A stretch of 64,000 bases of DNA from an uncultured Actinomycetes bacterium (GCA_963706025.1 CAVPLM010000003.1:192001-256000), one strand, 5' to 3'; numbered from the stretch's first letter, positions 1-11,556 are shown. The notes: generated from the letters alone by a model not told the origin. Numbers and translations are program-made.

Positions 1-156
1 GACGTGCCTACCTACGCCCGGGAGGCGGTGCGCATCGCCTTCTATAACGGCCTCCTGAGCGGCAAGACGACCGCCGTCTTCGACCCCTACGGAAACGCCA
101 CCAGGGGACACGTGGCGAAGATGGTATACGAACTCCGGCAGGTGCTCGGGCTTTGA
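1..156 (+). CDS. C-terminal fragment of an S-layer homology (SLH) domain protein (5'-partial)
   Basis: Frame 1 reads DVPTYAREAVRIAFYNGLLSGKTTAVFDPYGNATRGHVAKMVY...*, matching the SLH pattern (GLLxG...F.P....TR). Confidence 0.75.
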   Translation, partial: DVPTYAREAVRIAFYNGLLSGKTTAVFDPYGNATRGHVAKMVYELRQVLGL

Positions 157-278
157 GTCGTCTGCGCGGCTGCACAGGAGCTGCAACGATCGTCGCGCCC
201 AACCAAGGTGAAGCACGCCGAGAGTTGCCGACGTGCCCTCTCCGCTTCGCCCAGACAGCGGATGTTTCTACTCAGACG

Positions 279-307
279 CTAAAGTCCGGGCCGCCCTATG
301 CCGACAT
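279..307 (+). promoter_or_regulatory. Possible sigma28 (FliA/WhiG/SigD-type) promoter
   Basis: CTAAA-N16-GCCGACAT upstream of the CAP-SLH gene; consensus is TAAA-N14-16-GCCGATAW. Confidence 0.4.
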
Positions 308-374
308 ATCTCGTACCACATTTGTCGGCAACAGCCGTGGCTTCTTTCGGCCACGATCGACAGGAGGAGCGGCG

Positions 375-1757
375 GTGGGAATCTCCGTCCTGGTTTCAAG
401 AGGAAGATCGGTCAGATTCACAGCTTGGCTTTTCATCGGCCTCTTGGCGCTCGCGCTCCTCGCCGGCGCTGTGCTGGCCTCGCCGGCCAAAGCGGCCGTA
501 AGCTACAGTGCCGAGGAGATCGCCTTCGTCCAGCTGCTGAACGATTATCGAGTGAGCAACGGCCTGCAACCCCTGCTGGTCTCGGACATGATCTCGGAGG
601 CCGGTGACCGGCACGATTCCGACATGGGCAAGTACCGGTTCTTCGATCACTACACCAAGGGGTCCGACTGGTTCGCCATCGGGGCTTCGCCCTGGGACCG
701 CATGGCGGCCAGCGGCTACAACTACAACACCTACAAGGGCGAGAACATAGCTGCCGGCTACGCTACCGCCGCGGCCGTGTTCCAGGGCTGGAAGAACTCG
801 CCCGGCCATAATGCCAATATGCTGGGAGCGAACTACAAGGTACTGGGCGTGTCACTGGTGTACGTGAGCGGTTCGCCCTACGGCTCCTACTGGACCACCG
901 ATTTCGGCGGCTATGTCGATCCCACGGCCCACAGCGTTGGCTCTCCACCGTCGTCGACCACGACCACGGTCGCCCCCACCACGACTACCACGGTAGCGCC
1001 GACCACCACCACTACGGCGGCGCCGACTACCACGACCACTAAGGCTCCCACCACAACGACGCAAGCGCCGACGACCACCACCACCAAGCGGTCGACCACG
1101 ACCACGACCAAAGTCCCCCCGACGACGACCACAACCGTCAATGTCCCGCCCCCGACTACGACCACGACCACCACGCCCCAGTCCACCACCACGACGACGG
1201 TCGCCACGCCCGTCTTCTCCGACGTCTACCCCAACACGCTCTACGCTGCTGAGATCAAGTTGTTGGCCAAGCGCGGGATCATAAGCGGCTACGGAGACGG
1301 GACCTTCAGGCCGAGCAAGCTGGTCACTCGCCAGCAGTTCGCGAAGATGATCGTCCTCACCCTCGGCTACGACGTCAGCCCGTTGTCGGCCTGCGGCTTC
1401 AAGGACGTGGATGATCGACTGGACCCCAACGACCCGCTGTATCCGGCCGGTTATGTGGCCGCGTGCGCGGCTGCCGGCATCACCGTGGGCAAGACGCCCG
1501 ATACCTTCGGGCCTTGGGACAACATCACCCGGGCCCAACTCATCACCATGGTGGCTAGGGCCGCCCGCCTGCCTGATCCGCCTGCCGGCTACGCGCCGCC
1601 CTTTGGAGAATTCTCCCCCGTCCACTATCCGTGGGCGATCAAGGCAGCTGCGGCGGGCGTACTGGATGGGCTTGCGGGCATGGGTCCCGGCTTCGACTTC
1701 TGGGTACCCGCCACCCGAGCCGAGGTATGCTTGCTGCTCGCCGGCCTGCTGGAATAG
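375..1757 (+). CDS. Secreted CAP (SCP/YkwD-like) domain protein with Thr/Pro-rich linker and SLH domains
   Basis: GTG at 375 after AGGAGG; signal peptide; CAP motifs (LNDYR, GENIAAG, WKNSPGHNANML); T-rich linker; SLH repeats (FSDV..GIISGYGDGTFRP..VTRQQFA). Confidence 0.9.
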   Translation: MGISVLVSRGRSVRFTAWLFIGLLALALLAGAVLASPAKAAVSYSAEEIAFVQLLNDYRVSNGLQPLLVSDMISEAGDRHDSDMGKYRFFDHYTKGSDWFAIGASPWDRMAASGYNYNTYKGENIAAGYATAAAVFQGWKNSPGHNANMLGANYKVLGVSLVYVSGSPYGSYWTTDFGGYVDPTAHSVGSPPSSTTTTVAPTTTTTVAPTTTTTAAPTTTTTKAPTTTTQAPTTTTTKRSTTTTTKVPPTTTTTVNVPPPTTTTTTTPQSTTTTTVATPVFSDVYPNTLYAAEIKLLAKRGIISGYGDGTFRPSKLVTRQQFAKMIVLTLGYDVSPLSACGFKDVDDRLDPNDPLYPAGYVAACAAAGITVGKTPDTFGPWDNITRAQLITMVARAARLPDPPAGYAPPFGEFSPVHYPWAIKAAAAGVLDGLAGMGPGFDFWVPATRAEVCLLLAGLLE

Positions 1758-1781
1758 CCGGCCTGCTGGAATAGCCGGCCT
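1740..1781 (+). repeat. Tandem 17-bp duplication (gccggcctgctggaata, ~2.4 copies) covering the CAP-SLH stop codon
   Basis: Directly visible in the sequence. Confidence 0.9.
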
Positions 1782-1894
1782 ACCCCCAGCCGGTTTCCCC
1801 CCCATGTCGGAGCCACGCGACCGCCTGGTCACGAGGCTCCGTGCCCGGTAGAGGGTCCAGGACGATCTGCTCGATTACGACGCGGACACTCCAG

Positions 1895-3340
1895 CTATTC
1901 TGAAACCGCCGCCTGGTCGATCTCGGTTCTGCCCAGCCAGAAGCACGCCAGCGGTGCGGGGACCTTGAGGGCTAACACCTGAGTCGAGGACGGTAACTCA
2001 ACTACACCGAAATCACTGACGTCCTTGGTTATGACGTAACCGCGCTGTACCTTGCGAGCCTCGCAGAACTCAACAAGCCCCTTGAGCGAGGCCGCTCCGG
2101 TATTCGCCGAGCGGTACTTCACTTCGAAGGGGACGAGGCGGCCGGCAACATCTGCAATGATGTCGACCTCGTGGCCCGACCGACCCCTCCAGTATGAAAA
2201 GCCGACGCTGTTCCGGTAGTAGCGCGTGTAGACGTGTTTGAAAAATGCAGTCTCCACGGCGCCACCGAGAGCAGTGTCGTCTTCGAGGAGGGCCCTCCCC
2301 TTGAGAAGGACGCTTGGTCCGATCGCTGGGTCCGCTAGATAGACTTTGGCTCTTCCGCGGAGCACCTCTTTCCCGTATCCGAAAGGCAGCAGCCGATAGA
2401 CAAGGTGGGTCGCCTCCAGCAAATCTATGAAGCTTGCGACAGTAGGTCGTTTCAGCTGCAGTTCTTTGCAGATTCCGGCAATATCGAGGATGCCCCCATT
2501 ATGAAGGCAGAGGTATAGGAAGACTTGCTCAAGCTCGATGACCCGCCTGACGCCAAAAAGGGCGGTCATGTCGCGCTTCAGCACTTTGTCGACGATATCC
2601 TCCCGCAATAGCCTCTGGCCGGTCACAATATTGTCGGCAAGCGCAACCTGAGGAAAGCCGCCACGAAGGAGGTACTCGTTGAACAGCGGCACGAGCGGTT
2701 TGGCATCCTGCGCGACCTTCACGAATTGCTTCGGAGACCATTCAAACAGCTTGGCGAGAGAGATGACCTCCGCTACTTGTGGTATCTCCGCCCTCCGAAT
2801 GTTCAGGTACTCGTAGAAGGAGAGAGTCGCCAAACGGATGGTGTGCCACCTGCCGACGCCCGACTCTTGTCCCTCGCGCGAAAGCGGGGTTGCAGACCCC
2901 GTCACGGCTATGCGGCGGCGCTTCTCGAAGTCCACCTGGTGCTTGAGCCACGTCTGCCAGTCCTTGACAACCTGGATCTCGTCAAGGAACAAGTACTGGG
3001 GACCTTCCGCCGGCGAATCGTGCTCCCGCCAAAGCCGCAGGACTGTCTCCAGCCCTACCAGCTTGAGCAGGGGATGATCGAACGTCGCATAGAGAATGTT
3101 CTGAGCAGGAACACCCTGGTTCAGTAGGTCCTCGATCGCCTGCAGAAAAAGGGTGGTTTTACCCACTTGCCGTGCTCCCGAAAGAAGAAGGGCCCGGCCC
3201 CCAGGCGGGTTCTTAGCCCAGGCCGCTATTTCTGCAAATGCGGCCCGTCTCCAGACAGGTAGTTCGAAGAAGCGGCTGCCCGCCCACCAAGGGTTGAACT
3301 GCCGAAGTACGGCGTAGAGCTCGGCATCTGTTGCAATCAT
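1895..3340 (-). CDS. AAA+ ATPase (AAA_14 / DUF4143 family) with C-terminal restriction-endonuclease-like fold
   Basis: Walker A GARQVGKTT, Walker B LFLDEIQ, TGS, YLLRGGFP, KVYLADP, and C-terminal HEVD..EVK; AT-rich upstream region. Confidence 0.88.
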   Translation of the reverse strand: MIATDAELYAVLRQFNPWWAGSRFFELPVWRRAAFAEIAAWAKNPPGGRALLLSGARQVGKTTLFLQAIEDLLNQGVPAQNILYATFDHPLLKLVGLETVLRLWREHDSPAEGPQYLFLDEIQVVKDWQTWLKHQVDFEKRRRIAVTGSATPLSREGQESGVGRWHTIRLATLSFYEYLNIRRAEIPQVAEVISLAKLFEWSPKQFVKVAQDAKPLVPLFNEYLLRGGFPQVALADNIVTGQRLLREDIVDKVLKRDMTALFGVRRVIELEQVFLYLCLHNGGILDIAGICKELQLKRPTVASFIDLLEATHLVYRLLPFGYGKEVLRGRAKVYLADPAIGPSVLLKGRALLEDDTALGGAVETAFFKHVYTRYYRNSVGFSYWRGRSGHEVDIIADVAGRLVPFEVKYRSANTGAASLKGLVEFCEARKVQRGYVITKDVSDFGVVELPSSTQVLALKVPAPLACFWLGRTEIDQAAVSE

Positions 3341-3474
3341 GGCTCAGATTCTACCACTGCAGTCTAATTAGTGAAAGTGTACTTTAACTATTGCGTGTAT
3401 TTAGTGCGTTTGGCTGGCTTTTGCGTGCTAAGCAGCTGCCTGAGCCGGCCGCGGCGACCGTGGCAAGTAACAGT

Positions 3475-3584
3475 CCGGGCCCGCCCTGAGAGCGGACTCG
3501 GACGTGCCTGAAAGGCTCTATTACGTAGACAAGCCGAACCGCGTCGGCCATTGTTGTATTTCTGCCCCTGACTGGTCCTGAAAG
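3475..3584 (-). repeat. Degenerate copy of the 3' end plus terminator of the 14148-15176 gene, fused to a conserved 34-bp arm (att-like scar)
   Basis: Hairpin ccgggcccgccctgagagcggactcgg resembles the 14072-14112 terminator; the minus strand encodes ..MADAVRLVY; arm 3551-3584 is 29/34 identical to 8261-8294. Confidence 0.75.
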
Positions 3585-3628
3585 CAGCAAGTCAGAAGGA
3601 CAAGGGCGAGGTAGCGAGTCGGGTGGGT

Positions 3629-3657
3629 TTGACCGATCCTGGCTTGGGGCATATAGA
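3629..3657 (+). promoter_or_regulatory. Housekeeping sigma-type promoter of groESL
   Basis: TTGACC-17bp-TATAGA immediately upstream of CIRCE. Confidence 0.75.
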
Positions 3658-3666
3658 GTGTACAAG

Positions 3667-3693
3667 TTGGCACTCAGAGGCAACGAGTGCCAA
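3667..3693 (+). promoter_or_regulatory. CIRCE operator (HrcA binding site)
   Basis: TTGGCACTC-N9-GAGTGCCAA versus consensus TTAGCACTC-N9-GAGTGCTAA, upstream of groES. Confidence 0.95.
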
Positions 3694-3772
3694 TCCCACC
3701 AGAGGCGTTTCATCGCGCGTTCGAGGCGAGAGCAATCCAGCACCCGAACGTGAGTACAGGAGGTTATTGCGC

Positions 3773-5762
<1,990 letters not shown>

Positions 5763-5806
5763 AGAACGTCAACTCCTATCAGGGCCCAAGAGGCCCACTA
5801 GGAGCA

Positions 5807-5880
5807 GGGGGGCCATCGCGGGCCAGCGGGTAACCATGTGGAGCCCGCCGTAGCCTGCGATGGCCCCCATTTTCTTGTAT
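5807..5880 (+). terminator. Probable intrinsic terminator after groEL
   Basis: gggggccatcgcgggc...gcctgcgatggccccc stem followed by attttcttgt. Confidence 0.6.
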
Positions 5881-5965
5881 TGAGCGGTGACGAACTCGTC
5901 ACCATGTAACTGACCGGGACGGACGGGAACGAACCGGATAGCAGGGTTCGTGACCCTCCGGTCGC

Positions 5966-7054
5966 TCAACTGCGGCCGGTCCGCTTGTGGTAGTCCTTTG
6001 CCGCCTTGTGGACGATCTTCGACTTGCGCTCATTCTCCGCACGGAGACGCGCATCCGTCTTTGCCGCGGCGAACTGCGCCTCGCCCATGAGTTTGTGATA
6101 GCTGGCCAAGCGCTCGGACGGCAGCGTTCCTGACTCGACAGCAGCCCGTACCGCGCAGCCCGGTTCGTCGTTGTGCGTGCAGTCGCGGAAACGGCAAGAT
6201 CGGGAGGCCTGGTCTATCTCCGGGAAGACCGAGGTGATGCCCTCCTCCGACCCGGTCAGGCCAAACGCCCGGAGCCCGGGAGTGTCGATGAGCAGGCCGC
6301 CGCCCGGCATCTGGATCAGCTCGCGAGCCACGGTCGTGTGCATGCCGCGCCCGTCGCTCACGCGGACTTCGCGCGTCGCTTGCCGCTGCTCGCCGAGGAG
6401 GGAGTTGATGAGCGTGGATTTCCCGGCGCCCGAAGGGCCGACCAGAACCGCGGTGCGATGATCCGAGATGTATTCCAGGATCGGCTGAATGCCGTTACCG
6501 GCGAGCGCGTTCATGACGAGCACTTCCGCCCCGAGCGCGACCGACTCCACGGCTGCACGGGCTGCATCTGGGTCGGCGGAGAGATCCGCCTTCGTGAGCA
6601 CCACCACGGGGACGGCCCCCGAGTCCCATGCCACAGAGAGCTCGCGCTCGATACGGCGAACGTTGGGCGGCTCGGCGATCGGGTGAACGACGAGCACAGT
6701 ATCGATATTGGCGGCCAACACCTGGACGTCGGAGGTCTTCCCGGGATCACCGCGCGTGATGGCGCTGGCGCGCTCAAGTACTGCCTCGATAAACGAGGTG
6801 TCGAGGCCGTCGGAGGCCAGCACCGCCACCCAGTCGCCGACAGCGGGCAGATCCGCCACACCGCTGGCGGACTTCAAGAGACGGGCGGACAGCGTCGCGC
6901 GGACGACCCCGTCTGATGTCGCTACCAGGAGACTGCCGCGGTCGCCGCGGATAACGCGGCCAGGCTTCAGACCATCCGCAGCGTGGGGTTCGAAGAGCGC
7001 CTGCCAGCGAGGGGAATAGCCGAGTGCTCGAAGTGGGGAAGTGTCAGGATTCAT
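5966..7054 (-). CDS. rsgA: Ribosome small subunit-dependent GTPase A
   Basis: PAVGDWV, AANID, TKAD, GPSGAGKST, DTPG, C-terminal CRFRDCTHNDEPGC Zn site. Confidence 0.95.
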   Translation of the reverse strand: MNPDTSPLRALGYSPRWQALFEPHAADGLKPGRVIRGDRGSLLVATSDGVVRATLSARLLKSASGVADLPAVGDWVAVLASDGLDTSFIEAVLERASAITRGDPGKTSDVQVLAANIDTVLVVHPIAEPPNVRRIERELSVAWDSGAVPVVVLTKADLSADPDAARAAVESVALGAEVLVMNALAGNGIQPILEYISDHRTAVLVGPSGAGKSTLINSLLGEQRQATREVRVSDGRGMHTTVARELIQMPGGGLLIDTPGLRAFGLTGSEEGITSVFPEIDQASRSCRFRDCTHNDEPGCAVRAAVESGTLPSERLASYHKLMGEAQFAAAKTDARLRAENERKSKIVHKAAKDYHKRTGRS

Positions 7055-7218
7055 CCGATGGAGTCAATTTGCCTCCTCTTAGATTCTGCATGAACTATAG
7101 CCGCTATTCCTCCGATGACGGGAACTCCCGCCGTGTCCGGACCCCCTGCACTACTCTGGCGTTTGAGCAGGCCCCCGCCGGGGTAGCTCGGCTTCACAGA
7201 ACGAAGAGGGGAGAGAAC

Positions 7219-7362
7219 ATGCTCTGGCTCATCCTGTTCATCATCATCGTGCTCGTCGTCTTCGGCTTGGGCTTCGTCTTCAAGGCCCTGTTCTGGGTGG
7301 CACTGGCGCTGTTCATCGTGTGGTTGATCTCTCTCGTCGTCTCGCTGTTCCGCCGCCGCTAG
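7219..7362 (+). CDS. Small hydrophobic membrane protein (47 aa)
   Basis: MLWLILFIIIVLVVFGLGFVFKALFWVALALFIVWLISLVVSLFRRR; purine-rich RBS. Confidence 0.75.
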   Translation: MLWLILFIIIVLVVFGLGFVFKALFWVALALFIVWLISLVVSLFRRR

Positions 7363-7414
7363 AGCGAGATAGACGGGAACACGGCCGAGAGCACGAAGGG
7401 AAGGTGAGACAGGC

Positions 7415-7525
7415 ATGCCGAGGATGGGTAACCGCCGGGGGAACGCGCTGTGGTGGGCGCTGGCGGCGCTGGTCGTGGTGGTGATCGTGGTGGTAGTGGT
7501 CCTCTTCCTGGAAGGCATACTCTAG
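7415..7525 (+). CDS. Small single-TM protein (36 aa, below the ORF-track cutoff)
   Basis: MPRMGNRRGNALWWALAALVVVVIVVVVVLFLEGIL*; RBS-like gggaaggtg upstream; sits between two co-oriented genes. Confidence 0.55.
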   Translation: MPRMGNRRGNALWWALAALVVVVIVVVVVLFLEGIL

Positions 7526-7545
7526 TCGCGGGAGGCACGATTAGC

Positions 7546-8070
7546 ATGTTGAAGGCAAGCGAACTCATCCATCGTCTGCTGATAACCCGCGACGCGGGGG
7601 AGCAGGTAGGGAAAGTCGAGGACCTGGTCGTCGACCAAACGGGCAGCCGAGTCTTGGGAGTACTGGTCGACGAGAAAGGCTGGTTCAGCGGCGCCCACGT
7701 CGTACGCTGGCCGGCAGTGCTTAGCGTAGGCGCAGACACCCTCGTCATCGATTCCAAGACCAGCGTAGTGAAGGCTTCAGAGGTCCCGGAGATGAAAGAC
7801 GTGTTCGATCGCGGCAACGTGCTCGCCGGAGTCCGCGTACGCACCACCGACGGGCAGGATCTGGGCAAGTTCGAGGCCTTCTACTTCGACGAGAAGAGCG
7901 GAAGGATCTTGGGTTATGAGCTTTCCGGCGGTACCGGCCGGAAACGACGTTCCCGCTCCTTCCTACCTACGCCCACCAGTTTCGAGGCGGGCAAGGACGT
8001 GGCCTTCGTGTCGCCCGAGGCGGCCGACACCTTGCAGGACTTGGAAGAGGCACTCAAACAGAGCTGGTGA
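7546..8070 (+). CDS. Tandem PRC-barrel domain protein (YrrD-like)
   Basis: MLKASELI..GEQVGKVEDLVVD and VRTTDGQDLGKFEAFYFDEKSGRILGYELS; GGAGG RBS. Confidence 0.85.
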   Translation: MLKASELIHRLLITRDAGEQVGKVEDLVVDQTGSRVLGVLVDEKGWFSGAHVVRWPAVLSVGADTLVIDSKTSVVKASEVPEMKDVFDRGNVLAGVRVRTTDGQDLGKFEAFYFDEKSGRILGYELSGGTGRKRRSRSFLPTPTSFEAGKDVAFVSPEAADTLQDLEEALKQSW

Positions 8071-8143
8071 GCTTAGGCGGGTCAGGGCTGTTGGGAAGTG
8101 CCCTCGTCCGGCTCAGTGCGCGCTCCCAGCGAGACAAGGCCTC

Positions 8144-8294
8144 GCTTCAGGCCCTCGAGATGACACCGGGCCCGCCGCGAAGCGGGCCCGGTGTCATCTC
8201 AATCGGTGCTACAGAGCCAAAAACGCTACTGGGCTTTCACAAACATGACAGAATCGGTCATTGTGGTATTTCTACCCCTGGCTGGTCGTGTAAG
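8144..8294 (-). repeat. Copy of the 3' end plus terminator of the 14148-15176 gene, fused to the conserved 34-bp arm (att-like scar)
   Basis: 8151-8191 is identical to 14072-14112 (41 bp); minus strand encodes MTDSVMFVKAQ* versus VADAVKFVPAQ*; arm shared with 3551-3584. Confidence 0.85.
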
Positions 8295-8307
8295 ACCCTA
8301 CATAGAA

Positions 8308-8362
8308 CTCGAAAACCGTTGTGCCGCGCAAGCGGTACCGGGGGTTCGAATCCCCCTCTCTC
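8308..8362 (+). pseudogene. 3' half of tRNA-Ser(CGA) (att-like remnant)
   Basis: Starts at the anticodon loop CTCGAAA; long variable arm gtgccgc-gcaa-gcggtac; T arm ggggg-TTCGAAT-ccccc; partial acceptor strand; no 5' half and no CCA. Confidence 0.85.
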
Positions 8363-8416
8363 AACCTGGTCCGGCAAGGAATTCATTGGGCTCCGCCGCA
8401 ACCCGGGGCGCACGGG

Positions 8417-11074
8417 TTAGGCTTCAGCAGGCGGCGGGGTTTCAAGCGCCCGTTCTCTGCGGCCTCTCATCGCCTTTAGGCCTTCGAACCAGGCCACGCT
8501 CAAGAGTCCGGCCGTCAGGCAGATCAGCAAGTCCACCGAGTGGAGCACACCGAAGCGGAACAACTCTCGTAGGGCAGGCACATACAGCACAAGTCCCAGA
8601 AAGGCCAGGGCTCCGCCGACCACCCACCACAGCGCGGAGTTGGGGGAGCGAAGCGTCGCGAGGATTCCCCGGCTCCAGGACCGGTTGGTCAGAATCAGGG
8701 CCAGGTTTGCGACGATCAGCGTGGCAAACGTCAGGGCCCGGGCCTGCTCGGCACTCTGTCCCCGAGCCAGAGAGATCCCGTATATCACGAGCAGGATGGC
8801 CAATACCACCAGGCCCTGGAGGACACTGATTCCGAGAACCTTGCGGCCGAACAGGGGCTCCTTCGCCGGTCGCGGTGGGCGGTTCATGATGCCCTTTTCT
8901 TCCGGTTCGGCCTCGAACACCACTGAACACGCGGGGTCGATGATCAGCTCCAGGAAGAGCACGTGCACGGGAGAGAAGACCAATGGCCACCGGAGCACGA
9001 GCGGGATGAGTGTCAAACCGATGATCGGTGTGTGGACGGCGAAGATGTAGGCTACCGCCTTCTTGAGATTGTCGAAGATCCGCCGACCCAGCCTGACGGC
9101 TGCGACGATGGACGAGAAGTCGTCGTCGAGAAGCACGAGTGACGAGGCCTCCCGCGCGACGTCCGTGCCCCGTTGGCCCATGGCCACCCCTATGTTGGCG
9201 GCTTTCAGCGCGGGGGCGTCGTTGACGCCGTCGCCGGTCATGGCCACGAGTTCACCTCGAGCCTTGAGTGCACGGACCAGCCTCAGCTTCTGCTCGGGTA
9301 CCATCCGAGCGAAGATGTTGCAGTCCCCGATGCGTTCCTGGAGTTCCGACTCCTTCAAAGCCTCCAACTCTGGTCCGGTGATAACCACCTCCGGGGCATC
9401 AAGACCGATCTGACGGGCGATCGCCCGTGCGGTCCCCGGGTAGTCTCCGGTGATCATGATCACTCGGATGCCGGCGGTCCGGCACTCTTTGAGCGATTTT
9501 GCAACGGAGGGGCGGGGAGGGTCCGATAGTCCCACCAGCCCCAGAAAGGTGAAGTCGAAATCGTGCTGTGCCCCGGGCCACTCGTCCCCCCGGAAGACAG
9601 CCCGTGCTACTCCAAGCACTCTGAGGCCGTCCTCAGCCATGGTCTCGATGGCGCGAGAGAGGTCCCGGTGCTGGGAAGCGTCCAGATGGCAGAGGTCGGC
9701 GATAGCTTCCGGTGCGCCCTTCGCCGCGATGACGTAAGCATCGCCTCTGGGCGAGCGCCAAACGTGTGACATAGCCAGAAGCTCACGCGAGAGCGGGTAT
9801 TCGTGAACAAGCTGCCAGTCGCCATGCAGGTGCTCGGAGCCGGCGAAGTATCTTGCGCCCAGCTCCTTGAAGGCCTTCTCCATGGGATCGAAAGGATCGA
9901 GCTCGCTGGCGAGGATCCCGTATTCCACGAGTTCGTGGAACTTCTCAAGGTAGGGAGCGTCCAGCGTGATGCCCTCAGATCGCCCGTCGCTGCCGGAGAC
10001 CTCACCGGCGGCCTCTTCTGGAGCGGCGGCCCCTTCTCCCGGGACTGCGAAGAACCGGCCGCCGGCGAAAAGGCGGGCGATGGTCATGCAATTCAGCGTC
10101 AAGGTGCCCGTCTTGTCGACGCAGAGGACGGTCGCCGAGCCGAGGGATTCCACGGCCGGGATCCTGCGGGTGAGGACGCTCTTCTGGCTGATGCGCCACG
10201 CGCCCAGGGCCAGAAAGACCGTGAGCACCACCGGGATCTCCTCAGGCAGCGTCGCCATGGCCAGCGTCACTCCGGCCAGAAGCCCTTCCGTCCAGCGACC
10301 GCGGGTCAGGCCATAGATGAGCACGACCAGGAGGCAGACGAAGAGCCCTATGAGCGCCATGTTCCGCACCAGCCGCCCGCTGTGCCGTTGGAGGTCGGTC
10401 GGCTCACGATCGGTAGATTCGAGCGCCTGCCCGATCCTACCCATCTCCGTGCGCGGCCCGGTGGCGATCACTTCCGCGATTCCCTGACCCTGTACTATCA
10501 GCGTCCCGGCAAAGATGTTGGGAAGGTCGTCGCCCCCCGGCCGGGCAAGGGGGGCCGACGCACTCAAGGGGTCGACGGAAGCCAGCTTTCGGACCGGTAC
10601 CGACTCGCCCGTGAGTAGCGACTCATCGGCCTGCAGGTTGTCACATGAGAGAACGAATGCGTCGGCGGGCACGCGATCGCCCTCGGCGACGAGGACGATA
10701 TCTCCCCGGACTACTTCTCTGCCAGGGATCCTGAGTTGCTCCCCGCCCCGGATCACCCGCGCCCGCGGGCTGGACAGATCGCGCAGGGCTTCCAGGGCCC
10801 GCTCGGTCTTGCGCTCCTGATACATGGTGATGCCCATCACCACGAAGACGAAGCCCAAAAGCATGGAGGCTTCCTGTATATCGCCCAGGGTCGCGTAGAG
10901 TGCCCCGGAGAACACCAGAAGCAGAAACATCGGCTCTCTGATCACGCCTAGCGCTATGGCCGCGAGCCCGCGCTTCTTGGCGGACGGCAGCTCGTTGAAC
11001 CCCTCAGAGCGGAGCCTCTCGCCCGCCTCCGCGGGCGAGAGGCCGCTTGGATCATCTGCGGGATCGGACCTCAT
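8417..11074 (-). CDS. Cation-translocating P-type ATPase (type II, Ca2+/Mg2+-like)
   Basis: TGES, PEE, DKTGT, KGAPE, MITGD, TGDGVNDAPALK. Confidence 0.95.
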   Translation of the reverse strand: MRSDPADDPSGLSPAEAGERLRSEGFNELPSAKKRGLAAIALGVIREPMFLLLVFSGALYATLGDIQEASMLLGFVFVVMGITMYQERKTERALEALRDLSSPRARVIRGGEQLRIPGREVVRGDIVLVAEGDRVPADAFVLSCDNLQADESLLTGESVPVRKLASVDPLSASAPLARPGGDDLPNIFAGTLIVQGQGIAEVIATGPRTEMGRIGQALESTDREPTDLQRHSGRLVRNMALIGLFVCLLVVLIYGLTRGRWTEGLLAGVTLAMATLPEEIPVVLTVFLALGAWRISQKSVLTRRIPAVESLGSATVLCVDKTGTLTLNCMTIARLFAGGRFFAVPGEGAAAPEEAAGEVSGSDGRSEGITLDAPYLEKFHELVEYGILASELDPFDPMEKAFKELGARYFAGSEHLHGDWQLVHEYPLSRELLAMSHVWRSPRGDAYVIAAKGAPEAIADLCHLDASQHRDLSRAIETMAEDGLRVLGVARAVFRGDEWPGAQHDFDFTFLGLVGLSDPPRPSVAKSLKECRTAGIRVIMITGDYPGTARAIARQIGLDAPEVVITGPELEALKESELQERIGDCNIFARMVPEQKLRLVRALKARGELVAMTGDGVNDAPALKAANIGVAMGQRGTDVAREASSLVLLDDDFSSIVAAVRLGRRIFDNLKKAVAYIFAVHTPIIGLTLIPLVLRWPLVFSPVHVLFLELIIDPACSVVFEAEPEEKGIMNRPPRPAKEPLFGRKVLGISVLQGLVVLAILLVIYGISLARGQSAEQARALTFATLIVANLALILTNRSWSRGILATLRSPNSALWWVVGGALAFLGLVLYVPALRELFRFGVLHSVDLLICLTAGLLSVAWFEGLKAMRGRRERALETPPPAEA

Positions 11075-11400
11075 TCTTGACCGAAGCCGCCGAGGAGATC
11101 TTGGAGAAGCGAGGTCCGCCGCTGCTTGCCAACCGGTTTCTGGTCATAGCCATGATCGTCGCGATGCTTGTTGTCACGGTCGTGATCGTCATGATCACGA
11201 TCGTCTCGCCTCTCCGGCTCATGGCGGGCGGTGCCTGTCTGGCTGACGGGGGCGGCCGGCGCTCCTTTGGCCTCCATTTCGATGAGTTTGTCGATCTCGC
11301 CACGATCGAGCCAGATACCCTTGCACGACGGGCAGATGTCGATCATCAGGCCCGAGCGCTCGATCTCCTTCAGTCTTTCTCCGCAGACCGGGCAATCCAT
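11071..11400 (-). CDS. zf-TFIIB zinc-ribbon protein with His/Asp-rich tail
   Basis: MDCPVC...IDICPSCKGIWLDRGEIDKLI; GGAAGG RBS. Confidence 0.88.
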   Translation of the reverse strand: MDCPVCGERLKEIERSGLMIDICPSCKGIWLDRGEIDKLIEMEAKGAPAAPVSQTGTARHEPERRDDRDHDDHDRDNKHRDDHGYDQKPVGKQRRTSLLQDLLGGFGQE

Positions 11401-11556
11401 AGATCCTTCCTTTCTGTTGCGTTCACACACGTCGCGTATCGCAGATGCCGGCGGTGCCGCCAGGCCTTCAGGGCCAGGGGCGCGACGGAGATCCCCACGA
11501 TGTCGGATAGCAGGCCGGCAGGATCGAGAAGATAGTCCAGGGGACCGATATCCATG

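Noticed and set aside
950-1205. Short tandem repeats as a CRISPR array or VNTR
   Set aside because: They encode the Thr/Pro-rich linker. No repeat-spacer array or cas gene was seen in the window.
8308-8362. Functional tRNA-Ser gene
   Set aside because: No 5' acceptor strand, D arm or CCA end.
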